Numbered from the stretch's first letter, positions 1 through 13,252 are shown. The stretch: 64,000 nt of DNA from Macrostomum lignano (GCA_002269645.1 NIVC01002335.1:62001-126000); one strand, 5' to 3'. Made by a program: numbers and translations. The notes: generated from the letters alone by a model not told the origin.

Positions 1-251
1 CCATAGTGTAACAGGTAGCTTTTATCCCATAGTGTAACAGGTAGCTTTTATCCCATAGTGTAACAGGTAGCTTTTATCCCATAGTGTAACAGGTAGCTTT
101 TATCCCATAGTGTAACAGGTAGCTTTTATCCCACAGTGTAACAGGTAGCTTTTATCCCATAGTGTAACAGGTAGCTTTTATCCCATAGTGCAACAGGTAG
201 CTTTTATCCCATAGTGCAACAGGTAGCTTTTATCCCATAGTGCAACAGGTA
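1..251. repeat. 26-bp minisatellite
   Basis: (ccatagtgtaacaggtagcttttatc)n. Confidence 0.95.
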
Positions 252-775
252 GGTTCTACCACTATCAGCATGCTCAGTTTCTCATTAGATCTAACCTAAC
301 AAAGCATTAGGCTTTGGAAAAAATTAGCGTTCTGGGACTGTGCCGCTGCTGATTCGGTCTGAATTTCCTGCAAAGTCTGGCAGCCCTGCTGGTGTGTAGC
401 GAATATAGCGAGGTCACAGGGCTACTGCCGCACTTCGGAATGACTTAAATTGCCTTCTTTGCCTGCCTGTAGAGATTGTGATTGGCCTGAAAGATATATA
501 TTTGTTTGCAGTAATATATTACTGTGCCTTACTGTGCCATGTGCATAAGTCACGAATGCTGCTGCCTTCTGGTCTGCAGCTGTTCACAGGGGGGGTGGGT
601 GCAGTGACTAAAACTGACTGACTGTGTGTGTGGGCGGTGGGTATTCAGTCAGCTCGGCAGTTGAGCTGCCTCATTGATTTGACTTTGAAACCGATTCTCT
701 GAATGGCATTGTTGCTTAAATTTCATAGAGCACTTTTGTTTTATTCTATCTTGTCGTGTTTGTGGTACTTTATGT

Positions 776-886
776 AGGTCTGAGCACACCAGCAGATGCA
801 TGCAGATAACAGGTCTGAGCACACCAGCAGATACATGTAGATAACAGGTCTGAGCACAACAACAGATACATGCAGATAACAGGTCT
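776..886. repeat. 35-bp tandem repeat, ~3 copies
   Basis: aggtctgagcacaccagcagatacatgtagataac. Confidence 0.85.
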
Positions 887-953
887 AGACACTCAAAGAG
901 GTACTCATGGCACCAACTAATCGATATCCCCATATAATCACTGCCCTCTCCAG

Positions 954-1273
954 ACGAGCAAGGCCACATCAAACTAACCGACTTTGGCCTGAGCAAGGAG
1001 TCAATATTCGATGACGAGTCGAAGACTTACTCATTCTGCGGCACTGTTGAGTACATGGCCCCGGAGGTTGTCAACCGGAAGGGTCACGGTACCGCCAGCG
1101 ACTGGTGGAGCTACGGCGTGCTGATGTTCGAGATGCTGACCGGCCAGCTGCCCTTCCAGGGGGCCAATAGGAAAGATACAATGCAGCAGATTCTCAAGGC
1201 TAAGCTCGGGATGCCTCAGTTTTTGTCGCCGGACGCGCAAAGCCTGCTTAGGGCGTTGTTTAAGCGCAATCCG
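954..1273 (+). CDS. RPS6KA: RSK exon: N-terminal kinase subdomains VII-XI
   Basis: ctccag|AC GAG CAA GGC CAC ATC ([12 protein letters not shown]...LFKRNP)|gtaagt. Confidence 0.95.
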
Positions 1274-4200
1274 GTAAGTAAATCTTGTGTACATTGAAGC
1301 TAATTTAGGTGTTTGCTATGTTTTAGTCAGGAATTAGCCAGGCATTAGTCATTAGTCAGACATAAACTAGGCATTAGCTAGGCATTAGTCTAGAATTAGT
1401 TACTTATTCTGACATTAGCCAGGCATTAGCCAGGCATCAGGCATTAGTCAAGCATTAGCCAGGCAATAGTCAGGCATTAGTCAGGCGTAAGCCAGGCAAT
1501 AGTCAGGCATTAGTCAGGCGTAAGCCAGGCAATAGTCAGGCATTAGTCAGGCATTAGTCAGGCATTAGTCAGGCGTTAGCCAGGCGTTAGCCAGGCGTTA
1601 GCCAGGCGTTAGCCAGGCGTTAGCCAGGCGTTAGCCAGGCGTTAGCCAGGCGTTAGCCAGGCGTTAGCCAGGCGTTAGCCAGGCGTTAGCCAGGCGTTAG
1701 CCAGGCGTTAGCCAGGCGTTAGCCAGGCGTTAGCCAGGCGTTAGCCAGGCGTTAGCCAGGCGTTAGCTAGGCGTTAGCCAGGCGTTAGCCAGGCGTTAGC
1801 CAGGCGTTAGCCAGGCGTTAGCCAGGCATTAGCTAGGTATTAGTCAGGAATTAGTTACTTATTCTGACATTAGCCAGACATTAGCTCGGCATTAGCCAGG
1901 AATCAGGCATTAGTCAAGCATTAGTCAGGCATTAGCCAGGCATTAGCCAGGCATTAGCTAAGCATTAGCTCGGTATTAGCCAGGCATCAGGCATTAGTCA
2001 AGCATTAGCCAGGCAATAGTCAGGCATTAGTTAAGTATTAGCCAGGCAATAGTCAGGCATTAGCCAGCAATAGTCAGGCATTAGTTAAGTATTAGCCAGG
2101 CAATAGTCAGGCATTAGTCAGGCATTAGCCAGCCCGCATCAACCCGCAGGCCAACCGCCTGGGCTTCGGCGCCCACGGCATGGCCGAGCTGAAGGCGCAC
2201 CCGTTCTTCGCCAGCCTGCCCTGGACGGAGCTGCTCAACAGGCGGTTCCAGCCGCCCTTCAAGCCCGTGTGCACCAGGCCGGACGAGACCTTCTACTTTG
2301 ACAACGAGTTCACCAATAAGACGCCCAAGGATTCGCCGGGAGTGCCGCCGTCTGCTACGGCGCACGAGTTGTTCAGGGGATTCTCTTACGTGGCCCCGAT
2401 GCTGCTGCAGCAGACTGAGCAGCAGGCTGGAGACGCCGCTGCTGCCGCTAGCGACACCGCGCCCGCCGGTGGCGCCGCTGCGACAGCCGGCGTCGACGCC
2501 GCCGCCGCCTCCGCCGTCAATCCCGGCGTGAGAGCGGCCAAAAATGTTTCCCGACTGCCTGGCGTCCGGCCGGGGGAATTCCTTCAAGATTACGAGCTCA
2601 AAGAGCAGCTTGGCGTCGGATCCTTCGCCATCTGCCATCGCTGCGTGCACCGCGCCACAGGAGCCAGCTTCGCTGTCAAGGTAAAGAGGCGTTTTCCTCT
2701 TGAGATTCAGATGCCATCTGTAGGAGAATTTTCCTTGAGGTTCAGATGGTATCTGTAGGAGAATTCCCCTTGTTGTAGATTATACCATTAGGAGAATTTC
2801 CCTTGAGTTTCAGATGATACCAGTAGGAGAATTCCCCTTGATGTAGATTATACCAGTAGGAGAATTCCCCTTGATGTAGATTATACCAGTAGGAGAATTC
2901 CCCTTGAGTTTCAGATGGTATCTGTAGGAGAATTCCCCTTGTTGTAGATTATACCAGTAGGAGAATTCCCCTTGTTGTAGATTATACCATTAGGAGAATT
3001 TCCCTTGAGTTTCAGATGATACCAGTAGGAGAATTCCCCTTGATGTAGATTATACCAGTAGGAGAATTCCCCTTGGTGTAGATTATACCAGTAGGAGAAT
3101 TCCCCTTGATGTAGATTATACCAGTAGGAGAATTCCCCTTGATGTAGATGATTCCAGTAGGAGAATTCCCCTCTAGATTCAGATGGTATCAGTAGGAGAA
3201 TTCCCCTTGAGATTCAGATGGTATCAGTAGGAGAATTCCCCTTAAGATTCAGATGGTATCAGTACTAGAATTCTCCTTGAGATTCAGATGGTATCAGTAC
3301 TAGAATTCCCCTTGAGATTCAGATGGTATCAGTAGGAGAATTCCCCTTGAGATTCAAATGGTATCAGTAGGAGAATTCCCCTTGAGATTCAAATGGTATC
3401 AGTAGGAGAATTCCCCTTGAGATTCAAATGGTATCAGTAGGAGAATTCCCCTTGAGATTCAAATGGTATCAGTAGGAGAATTCCCCTTGAGATTCAGACG
3501 GTATTTATTATTGCCAAGAAACCCGCAGGAAAGGTGTAGAATTAATATTTTGTTCTGAAAGTTTAAATTAGCTTGATTTTTATTCAAGTTTGAGCAGTTT
3601 GGACATGCACTGTTGTAGAGTAGCATTGGGTTCTCATTTTTAATTAATTCTGTTCTTAATCCCCAATAATCCTTTCATTCGGAGGCGCAGCTGCTCCCTC
3701 CCAGATCCTCAGGGCCGGGGTTTTGCTGTCCTATGAAAAATATTTTCCCCAACAAATATTATTGCACATTGTAGATAAGTTCAACTTTCAAGAGATTTAA
3801 CTAATCCTATTTTTCATTTCTCACTCCGACCCGCTCCAACCCCGAGTGTCTGCGCAGCAAAATGCATCTAATAAATTTCTAAAGCTAAAGAGAAAACTTC
3901 TCTTAAAGTGGACAATGGACACACTGCGAAGCCCTGTCTGTCAGGGGCTTGGCTGTCTCTCTCTCCCTCTCTGACCAGCACCCTGCCTTCTCTCCGCCTC
4001 ACTCAGTATTTGAGCAGCGAGAATATGCAGTGACATCTTTAGACCTGCATTTAAATGATATTTGCCCTCAGCACCTGGCTACCTGCCTATCTGTCTGTCT
4101 CAGTCTCAGTCTGCATTGCCGTTCTCTTTTTTTAGAGTTATAATTCCATCTTAATAATACTAGGTGTCTTTATAGAGGCTTCTACTAACTAATGTGGCCC

Positions 4201-7200
4201 GCTTGCTGCCAAGCCAGGGACATCTTCAGCTGCAATCTGGACTGTCAATGTTGTTGTCCTTGGCCAATGTCTGTCTCGGTGGCTAACTCTCTCTGTCCTT
4301 GCATCATTCTTTTCTGCGTCAATGCCCCTCTGATTTGTACTTTTGTTAGTAAATTTAGTATTCACTATATATATATATATTTATGCAGATGCAGCCGTAG
4401 ATACAGAATCTCAGGCTTGCGTTTTCTGTGTAAAACCCCCTACATGTGTATATAGTATACCTCGCAGATCCCCTTGACACTCCCAAAAGCCCAAAAGACA
4501 GAGAGAGGATGAAAGGGAAGACGATAAGGCTGTGCTGATCATGGGCTGACAGAAACTCCCCCCACCCCTAATTTCTACTAATCTGTTCCAAAACCGACAC
4601 CCTAAACCGTATTGGCGCGAATGTCACTGGCCGCTGACCATGCACCCTTTTGGACGTTGAATTGTGGTAGCTGGGGTAGATTTGTGGTAGCTGGAGTAGA
4701 TTTGTGGTAGCTGGGGTAGATTTGTGGTAGCTGGGGTAGATTTGTGGTAGCTGGGGTAGATTTGTGGTAGCTGGAGTGGATTTGTGGTAGCTGGAGTAGA
4801 TTTGTGGTAGCTGGAGTAGATTTGTGGTAGCTGAAGTAAATTTGTGGTAGCTGAAGTAAATTTGTGGTAGCTGGAGTAGATTTGGGGTAGCTGGAGTAGA
4901 TTTGTGATAGCTGGAGTAGATTTGTGATAGCTGGAGTAGATTTGTGGTAGCTGGAGTAGATTTGGGGTAGCTGGAGTGGATTTGTGGTAGCTGGGGTAGA
5001 TTTGTGGTAGCTGGAGTAGATTTGTGGTAGTTAGAGTAGATTTAGGGTAATTGGGGCAGATTTGGAGTAGATGGGTTAGGTCCACTTCAAGATGGGGCAG
5101 ATTTGGAGTAGATGGGTCAGGTGCACTTCAAGATGGGGCAGATTTGGAGCAGATGGGTTAGGTCCACTTCAAGATGGGGCAGATTTGGAGCAGATGGGTT
5201 AGGTCCACTTCAAGATGGGGCAGATTTGGGGTAGATGGGTTAGGTCCACTTCAAGATGGGGCAGATTTGGGGTAGTAGCAGCAGATTTAAGCATTAAAGG
5301 TGGCATGGGAACAGCTGCGGTGAACTTGGAGTCCATGCAAATCTCGCATACACTCTGGTCGTCTGCAGATCATCGACTGTTCCAAGCGGGACCCTCAAGA
5401 GGAGGTGGAAATCCTGTTGCGATTCTCCGAGCACCCAAACATCGTGTCGCTGCGGGATGTGTACACCTCGGTGTCCACCGGCCGCGTCTACCTGGTGATG
5501 GAGCTACTGCGGGGCGGCGAACTGCTCGACAGGATTCTGCGCCAGAAATTCTTTAGCGAACGCGAAGCCTCCGCCGTTATTGAGGTTGTCTGCCGGACCC
5601 TCGCTTTTCTGCACAAGAATGGCGTTGTGCATCGCGACTTGAAGCCTTCCAACCTGGTGTACGCCAGCGACGACTGGGCACCCGAGAGCTTGCGGGTGAG
5701 TGAGACTGTTCGTGATTGTAGCTGGGTGTCTGACTGGGTACCTGGGGTCTGAACGGGTATCTGGATGTCTGAGTGGGTATCTGGGTGTCTGAGTGGGTAT
5801 CTGGGTTCTCTGAGTGGGTATCTAGGTGTCTGAGTGGGTATCTGGGTTCTCTGAGTGGGTATCTGGGTGTCCGAGTGGGTATCTGGGGTCTCTGAGTGGG
5901 TATCAGAGTTCTGAACGGGTATCTGGATGTCTGAGTGGGTATCAGGGGTCTGAACGGGTATCTGGATGTCTGAGTGGGTATCTGGGTGTCTGAGTGGGTA
6001 TCTGGGGTCTCTGAGTGGGTATCAGAGGTCTCTGAGTGGGTATCTGGGTGTCTGAGTGGGTATCAGGAGTCTGAAAGGGTATCTGGATGTCTGAGTGGGT
6101 ATCAGGGGTCTGAACGGGTATCTGGGTGTCTGAGTGGGTATCAGGGGTCTGAACGGGTATCTGGGTGTCTGAGTGGGTATCTGGGTCTCTGAGTGAGTGT
6201 CTGAGTGGGTATTTGGGGTCTCTGGGTGTCTGAGTGGATATCTGGGTCTCTGAGTGGGTATCTGGGTCTCTGAGTGGGTATCTGGGTCTCTGAGTGGGTA
6301 TCTGGGTCTCTGAGTGGGTATCTGGGTGTCTGAGTAGATATCTGAGTTTCCGAGTGGGTATCTGGGAGTTTAAGTGGGTATTTAGGTGTCTCTACTTATC
6401 TGAGCTATATCTCAACCCTTGTAAGTGCTTCTATTTTTAGTGCATGGAAATTGCCAACAGTTCCTATACATGCTGACTTTTGCGCTGCAAGACAGACAGT
6501 AATAAGATTTTTTGGCATTTAAGCATCAGCTGAGGCAAGCCTTTCTTAGAATGCGGCGACTGCGGCTAAGGAAGCTTTAGCTAGATAGAGAAAAGCAAAT
6601 AGAGAGAGAGTGATTAGTCTGTCCCCCAGATCTGAATGTACTTTTATGTTAACCGCGGCCGTGTCGTGCAAATATTATTATTGACAGAGTTCACTGGGTG
6701 GCTCTGGGAAGAATAGGAGGTAGAAGAAAGGGATTTGCATTACAGAGCTTCACCATCCTTGCTCTCCGAGGCCTTCTGTAATATTAAAGCTAGCTATTTC
6801 CTAACAATAGGATTCAAACCTCGAAAAATCGTGCTTATAAATGCAAAAATTCTGTCTACTTTGGGATTTTGAAATGTATTGGAGGCATTCTCGTATTCTG
6901 TTTGGGGATTCCCATGTTGCTAGGGATTTTTGTCTGATTGGTATGTTTAATCAGCTGGGGTTTTTTGTCTGATTGGGATGTTTAATCTGCTGGGGATTTT
7001 TGTCTGATTGGGATGTTTAATCAGCTGGGGATTTTTGTCTTATTGGGATGTTTAATCTGCTGGGGATTTTTGTCTTATTGGGATTTTTAATCAGCTGGGG
7101 TTTTTTGTCTGATTGGGATGTTTAATCAGCTGGGGATTTTTGTCTTATTAGGATGTTTAATCAGCTGGGGATTTTTGTCTTATTAGGATGTTTAATCAGC

Positions 7201-10200
7201 TGGGGATTTTTGTCTGATTGGGATGTTTAATCAGCTGGGGATTTTTGTCTTATTAGGATGTTTAATCAGCTGGGGATTTTTGTCTTATTGGGATTTTTAA
7301 TCAGCTGGGGTTTTTTGTCTGATTGGGATGTTTAATCAGCTGGGGATTTTTGTCTGATTGGGATGTTTAATCTGCTGGGGATTTTTGTCTGATTGGGATG
7401 TTTAATCAGCTGGGGATTTTTGTCTGATTGGGATGTTTTATCTGCTGGGGATTTTTGTCTGATTGGGATGTTTAATCAGCTGGGGATTTTTGTCTTATTG
7501 GGATGTTTAATCAGCTGGGGATTTTTGTCTGATTGGGATGTTTAATCAGCTGGGGATTTTTGTCTTATTGGGATTTTTAATCAGCTGGGGTTTTTTGTCT
7601 GATTGGGATGTTTAATCAGCTGGGGATTTTTGTCTGATTGGGATGTTTAATCTGCTGGGGATTTTTGTCTTATTGGGATGTTTAATCTGCTGGGGATTTT
7701 TGTCTGATTGGGATTTTTAATCAGCTGGGGTTTTTTGTCTTATTGGGATGTTTAATCAGCTGGGGATTTTTTTCTTATTGGGATGTTTAATCAGCTGGGG
7801 ATTTTTGTCTGATTGGGATGTTTAATCAGCTGGGGATTTTTGTCTTATTGGGATGTTTAATCAGCTGGGGATATTTGTCTTATTGGGATTTTTAATCAGC
7901 TGGGGATATTTGTCTGATTGGGATGTTTAATCAGCTGGGGATATTTGTCTTATTGGGATTTTTAATCAGCTGGGGATATTTGTCTGATTGGGATGTTTAA
8001 TCAGCTGGGGATATTTGTCTGATTAATCAGCTGGGGATTTTTGTCTGATTGGGATGTTTATTCAGCTGGGGATTTTTGTCTGATTGGGATGTTTAATCTG
8101 CTGGGGATTTTTGTCTGATTGGGATGTTTAATCTGCTGGGGATTTTTGTCTGATTGGGATGTTTAATCTGCTGGGGATTTTTGTCTGATTGGGATGTTTA
8201 ATCTGCTGGGGATTTTTGTCTGATTGGGATGTTTAATCTGCTGGGGATTTTTGTCTGATTGGGATGTTTAATCTGCTGGGGATTTTTGTCTGATTGGGAT
8301 GTTTAATCTGCTGGGGATTTTTGTCTGATTGGGATGTTTAATCTGCTGGGGATTTTTGTCTGATTGGGATGTTTAATCAGCTGGGGATTTTTGTCTTATT
8401 AGGATGTTTAATCTGCTGGGGATTTTTGTCTGTTTGGGATTTTTAATCAGCTGGGGATATTTGTCTGATTGGGATGTTTAATCTGCTGGGGATTTTTGTC
8501 TGATTGGGATGTTTAATCAGCTGGGGATTTTTGTCTGATTGGGATGTTTAGTCAGCTTGGGATTTTATCTGATTGTTTTTTATGATTTTTGTTTCATTGG
8601 GACTTTGCATTTGACTAGGGGGGGGGGGTATTTGGGAATCTGTTGATCAGGCGGCAGTCGACGCACGGATTCGAACCCCCACCTACTCTGGCACCTCTGC
8701 TCTCTGCACTGCAGGTGTGCGACTTCGGTTTTGCTAAACAGCTGCGGGCGGAGAACGGCCTCCTGATGACGCCGTGCTATACAGCCTCCTTCGTGGCTCC
8801 TGAGGTGCTCAAACTGCAGGGCTACTCAAAAGCCTGCGACGTCTGGAGCGCCGGGGTGCTGTTGTACACCATGCTGGCCGGCCGCACTCCGTTCGCCCAC
8901 GGGCCCAACGACCCGTCCGAAGAGATTCTGAGCCGAATCGAGTCCGGGACCGTTGTTCTCGATGGCGGCAACTGGGACTCGGTGTCCGCGCACGCCAAGG
9001 TGAGCTGAGGCTTCGATTGACGGCTTTTGGTTGTTGAATAGCAATCCGATTGTTGTTTGTTGGTTGTTGAACTGCAGCAATCCAATTGTTGTTTGTTGGT
9101 TGTTGAATAGCAATCCGATTGTTGTTTGTTGGTTGTTGAACTGCAGCAATCCAATTGTTGTTTGTTGGTTGTTGAATAGCAATCTGATTGTTGTTTGTTG
9201 GTTGTTGAATTGCAGCAATCCGATTGTTGTTTGTTGGTTGTTGAACTGCAGCAATCCAATTGTTGTTTGTTGGTTGTTGAATAGCAATCCAATTGTTGTT
9301 TGTTGGTTGTTGAATTGCAGCAATCCGATTGTGGTTTGTTGGTTGTTGAATAGCAATCTAGTTGTTGTTTGTTGGTTGTTGAATAGCAATCCGATTGTTG
9401 TTTGTTGGTTGTTGAATTGCAACAATCCAATTTTTGTTTGTTGGTTGTTGAATAGCAATCCAATTGTTGTTTGTTGGTTGTTGAATAGCAATCCGATTGT
9501 TGTTTTTTGGTTGTTGAATTGCAGCAATCCAATTGTTGTTTGTTGGTTGTTGAGTAGCAATCCGATTGTTTTGTTGTTTGTTTAATAGCAATCCGATTGC
9601 TGTTTTGTTGGTTGTTGAATAGCAATCTAGTTGTTGTTTGTTGGTTGTTGAATAGCAATCCGATTGTTGTTTGTTGGTTGTTGAATTGCAATCCGATTGT
9701 TGTTTGTTGGTTGTTGAATTGCAGCAATCCGATTGTTGTTTGTTGGTTGTTGAATTGCGACAATCCAATTTTTGTTTGTTGGTTGTTGAATAGCAATCCA
9801 ATTGTTTGTTTGTTGTTGAATAGCAATCAAATTGTTGTTTGTTGGTTGTTGAATTGCAGCAATCCAATTGTTGTTTGTTGGTTGTTGAATAGCAATCTGA
9901 TTGTTGTTTGTTGGTTGTTGAATTTCGACAATCCAATTTTTGTTTGTTGGTTGTTGAATAGCAATCCAATTGTTTGTTTGTTGTTGAATAGCAATCCAAT
10001 TGTTGTTTGTTTGTTGTTGAATAGCAATCCAATTGTTGTTTGTTGGTTGTTGAATAGCAATCCAATTGTTTTGTTGTTTGTTTAATAGCAATCCGATTGC
10101 TGTTTTGTTGATTGTTGCATTAGCAATCAAAGTGTTGATTGTTGTATTAGCAATCAGTGTTTTTGATTGTTGCATTAGCAATCAAAGTGTTGTTGATTGT

Positions 10201-10651
10201 TGCATTAGCAATCAAAGTGTTGTTGATTGTTGCATTAGCAATCAAAGTGTTGTTGATTGTTGCATTAGCAATCAAAGTGTTGTTGATTGTTGCATTAGCA
10301 ATCAAAGTGTTGTTGATTGTTGCATTAGCAATCAAAGTGTTGTTGATTGTTGCATTAGCAATTTGCCAACCAATCCGGCAGGACTTGGTCCGCCGCATGC
10401 TGCTCGTGGATCCAACCCAGCGCATCACCGCTGCGCAGGCGCTGCAGCACACCTGGGTGGCCAGTCGGGCGGTGCTGCCGCTGTACCGGCTGGCGGTGCA
10501 CCAGGAGGCCGGCCAGATGCGCGGCGCCATGCGAGCAACATTCGCCGCGGTGAACAAGCCGCCGCCCTTGCCGGCCCTGCAGAGCGTGGCGGCATCGGGG
10601 CTGGCAAAGCGACGCGGCAAGCAGCTGCTGAAGGTGTCCACTGAGGTCTGA
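954..10651 (+). CDS. RPS6KA: p90 ribosomal S6 kinase (RSK), 5'-partial; join(954..1273,2150..2680,5369..5695,8715..8999,10382..10651)
   Basis: All junctions are GT-AG and in phase. N-terminal kinase motifs [12 protein letters not shown] and [13 protein letters not shown]; linker TPKDSP and LFRGFSYV hydrophobic motif; C-terminal kinase [29 protein letters not shown]; ERK-docking LAKRR; ends STEV*. Two kinase domains are diagnostic of the RSK family. Confidence 0.96.
1325..2132. repeat. 11-bp minisatellite (RSK intron)
   Basis: (gccaggcgtta)n with degenerate flanks. Confidence 0.95.
2150..2680 (+). CDS. RPS6KA: RSK exon: AGC C-tail, linker and start of C-terminal kinase
   Basis: ccgcag|ANRLG...FRGFSYV...GVGSFAIC...FAVK|gtaaag. 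Confidence 0.95.
2698..3500. repeat. 33-35-bp minisatellite (RSK intron)
   Basis: aggagaattccccttga...agt units. Confidence 0.95.
4662..5272. repeat. 20-bp then 41-bp minisatellites
   Basis: (gtagatttgtggtagctgga)n followed by (ggggcagatttggagtagatgggttaggtccacttcaagat)n. Confidence 0.93.
5369..5695 (+). CDS. RPS6KA: RSK exon: C-terminal kinase subdomains II-VIb
   Basis: ctgcag|[18 protein letters not shown]...HRDLKPSN...PESLR|gtgagt. Confidence 0.95.
5725..6390. repeat. ~20-bp minisatellite
   Basis: (tctgagtgggtatctgggtg)n. Confidence 0.93.
6920..8575. repeat. 35-bp minisatellite
   Basis: (ttgggatgtttaatcagctggggatttttgtctga)n. Confidence 0.96.
8715..8999 (+). CDS. RPS6KA: RSK exon: C-terminal kinase activation loop
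   Basis: ctgcag|[23 protein letters not shown]...SAHAK|gtgagc. Confidence 0.95.
9025..10362. repeat. 33/36-bp then 30-bp minisatellite
   Basis: ttgttgtttgttggttgttgaatagcaatccga units, switching to ttgttgcattagcaatcaaagtgttgttga. Confidence 0.95.
10382..10651 (+). CDS. RPS6KA: RSK terminal exon
   Basis: cggcag|[11 protein letters not shown]...[16 protein letters not shown] (TGA at 10649-10651). Confidence 0.95.
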   Translation, partial: DLVRRMLLVDPTQRITAAQALQHTWVASRAVLPLYRLAVHQEAGQMRGAMRATFAAVNKPPPLPALQSVAASGLAKRRGKQLLKVSTEV

Positions 10652-10739
10652 CTGTCCCGCTTTGGGGGAGGTCGTGAAAATAATGTCAAATTTTTGCTCT
10701 CGTGGCTTCAACTTCCTCAGCTGGGATTTCATCTGTTTC

Positions 10740-10745
10740 AATAAA
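10740..10745 (+). promoter_or_regulatory. Candidate polyadenylation signal for RSK
   Basis: First AATAAA, about 90 nt after the stop codon. Confidence 0.5.
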
Positions 10746-12811
10746 ATTGTTCAAAATCAGACTAGTAAACAAAGTTCTTCGTATGTCTACTAATAGTACA
10801 GATTTGTTTCTTATTAAGAAACTTGAACTCAAAATAGAGAATAATACAGTACCGCCCTACTGCCAGTACCTGCTCGTAGTTAGTAGTATCGAACGCGTTT
10901 TTCTTTTCGAAAACAACAGAGACCCAAGTATTGCTGTTATCTTACCATTATTAATTGATATGCCAGCGTGTTCTATACCTTTTTACATTATAATCGAATT
11001 GTTTTGTGAACTGTTTTTCCCAGTCTTTATTCACTTGTTAATCTTCTTTAATGCCAGTAAGCTCGCAGGTTCTGTCTGTCTCTTTTTAAAAACTTATTTA
11101 TTAACTTTAATTTGCATGCCTTTTACTATATGCCTGTGTTTCTTTTTATATATGGATAAATCTTTCGCGTACACACACACTACTTTTTACAAGAAGTACA
11201 TAGTTGCAGAAATCTTGCTGCCTATCTGATCTGATATTTTCTCCCGTTCACCTGGTTGCTGACCCCCTCTATCAGTTCCTATTTTGCAGGTGTCGGTGCT
11301 TCATGTTTGAAATATCGAATGAGAAAAATTAAAATTCTTTTCATTTACGTTGTCATTATATTATTGACAGGCCATTGGATTATAGGACAATACAATACTG
11401 AGTAAGCATTGCGCACAGGTCTATCTGGGGCGACTGTTGAGTCACGTGTTCGTCACGTGAGCTGCAGCGTTGCAGAATCGTAAAAAAGTCGCAAAAAAAG
11501 ACGTCCAAGACGTCAAGTGTTAGCGCTTAACTTTCTACTAACTCAAGTAGGCTAAACAGAGTTGTTGAAAATGCGAAATGCGATTCGAATTCATTAAGTG
11601 ACGCAGCTGCACTTTTTAGAACGCAACTCAGTGATTCTTAGGCAACTCGTGAACGACTTTTTGGCGACTTGTACCGTGCCTGGGTACCGTCTTCATCGGG
11701 TTAAACAAATCAAGTCTTCTATTGTTGTTTTTTAACCTGGCTAGCGTGTTGTTTTATAAAATAAGTGTGCGTGCGTTTCTAAAATCATTTGTTGCCTGTG
11801 ATCTCTGATATTAAACCGGATTGGAACAGCAGCGATGCGGGCATTCCGAAACCCCCAGTTTCTATTCGATCAATTTTGGCTCACTCTATCTTCATTATCA
11901 CATTTTATCTGTACAATTTAGAATTTGTTGTCCGCATATCAAACGATTTCAAACGAATTACATGGCAGTGTAATGTTGACAAAATTATTGAATCAAATAT
12001 AACTGCTATACTATTTCTAGGAATTCGATTAGTTGCGGTTCCCGCGCTGTTAAACACTGCCCGCCTTTGAAATTGCTTATTTATTGGTAGAATTATTTTA
12101 CGATAATAAATTTCAAATAGCTCTACTTGCAGTAGCTAAACTTGACCTGTTTGTCTCGTATGCACAATTTGCACCAGGTTGAGGTGTAGCAATGAAGTAA
12201 AAATAAATATGCAGAGTACCAATATTGGCCAGAATTATATGAGATGGCAGTCAAAGTAATTAATAGCAGAAGGCTGTGCGCGTATTACCTTTGTAAACAC
12301 GCTCTGTTCTCTCTGTAGCTGCGCATTTAACCCGCAGCTATCAACGCTAGCACGAACTTGCAGACCTGTTTTGCATCGTCTCTCTGTCTCAAGTGTACTC
12401 AAAATGTATAGATGAAAAGAAAATGCCTTTCGAAGCAGACGGCAGGGTTTATAGTTCTGAGAAAATGAAATAAAAATTCTTGTATTTTTCGTTTTGACAA
12501 AATTGGCTAAATAATTAATGAGTACTTTTTCACAGCCAGGTAAAATATTTGACGGAAAACTCAGAATACAGAATGACTTCTTTGTTTGAAAATATTATAT
12601 ATTGTGACCAAGAAGTTTTTCAACTGTTGTAATATTTGACTCCCCTGACACTATGGGCACGCGAAAGTGTGGGCGGATGAAGCTGTGTGCAGCTGTGAGC
12701 ATTGAAGGTACATGTACATTCAATCGTTGTTAGAAAGTTTTTGTTTTGATTTTCTTGCAAGCAAAACCAGGCAATGTAAGCACGCAAATATGAGAGCCTG
12801 ACATGCAATCT

Positions 12812-13252
12812 TAACTCTGACACCCAATCTGGACCCTGACACCCAATCTGAACCCTGACACCCAATCTGAACCCTGACACCCAATCTGAACCCTGACACC
12901 CAATCTGGACCCTGACACCCAATCTGAACCCTGACACCCAATCTGAACCCTGACACCCAATCTGAACCCTGACACCCAATCTGAACCCTGACACCCTATT
13001 ATGACTCTGACACCCAATCTGAAGCCTGACACCCTTATGTCCCTATCTTAACTCTGACAGCCAATCTGAACCCTGACACCCTATCTTGACTCTAACACCC
13101 AATCTGGAGCCTGACATCCAATCTGGAGCCTGACACCCTATCTTGACTCTCGGAAACCCCTATCTTGACTCTCTGACACCCCTATCTTGACTCCCTGACA
13201 CCCTATCTAGACTCTCTGACACCCTATCTTGACTCGCTGACACCCTATCTTG
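12812..13252. repeat. 19-22-bp minisatellite
   Basis: (ctgacacccaatctgaacc)n grading to ctgacaccctatcttgact. Confidence 0.92.

Noticed and set aside
8822-10181. Long N/Q/C-rich ORFs on both strands
   Set aside because: They are translations of the 33/30-bp intronic satellite; the RSK exons on either side splice across in frame.
11440-11672. Imperfect inverted repeat with two CACGTG boxes (possible MITE)
   Set aside because: The arms are short and degenerate, with no TSD or second copy visible.
10702-12070. 175-aa and 93-aa AT-rich ORFs after RSK
   Set aside because: They have non-ATG starts, UTR-like composition and no recognisable motif.
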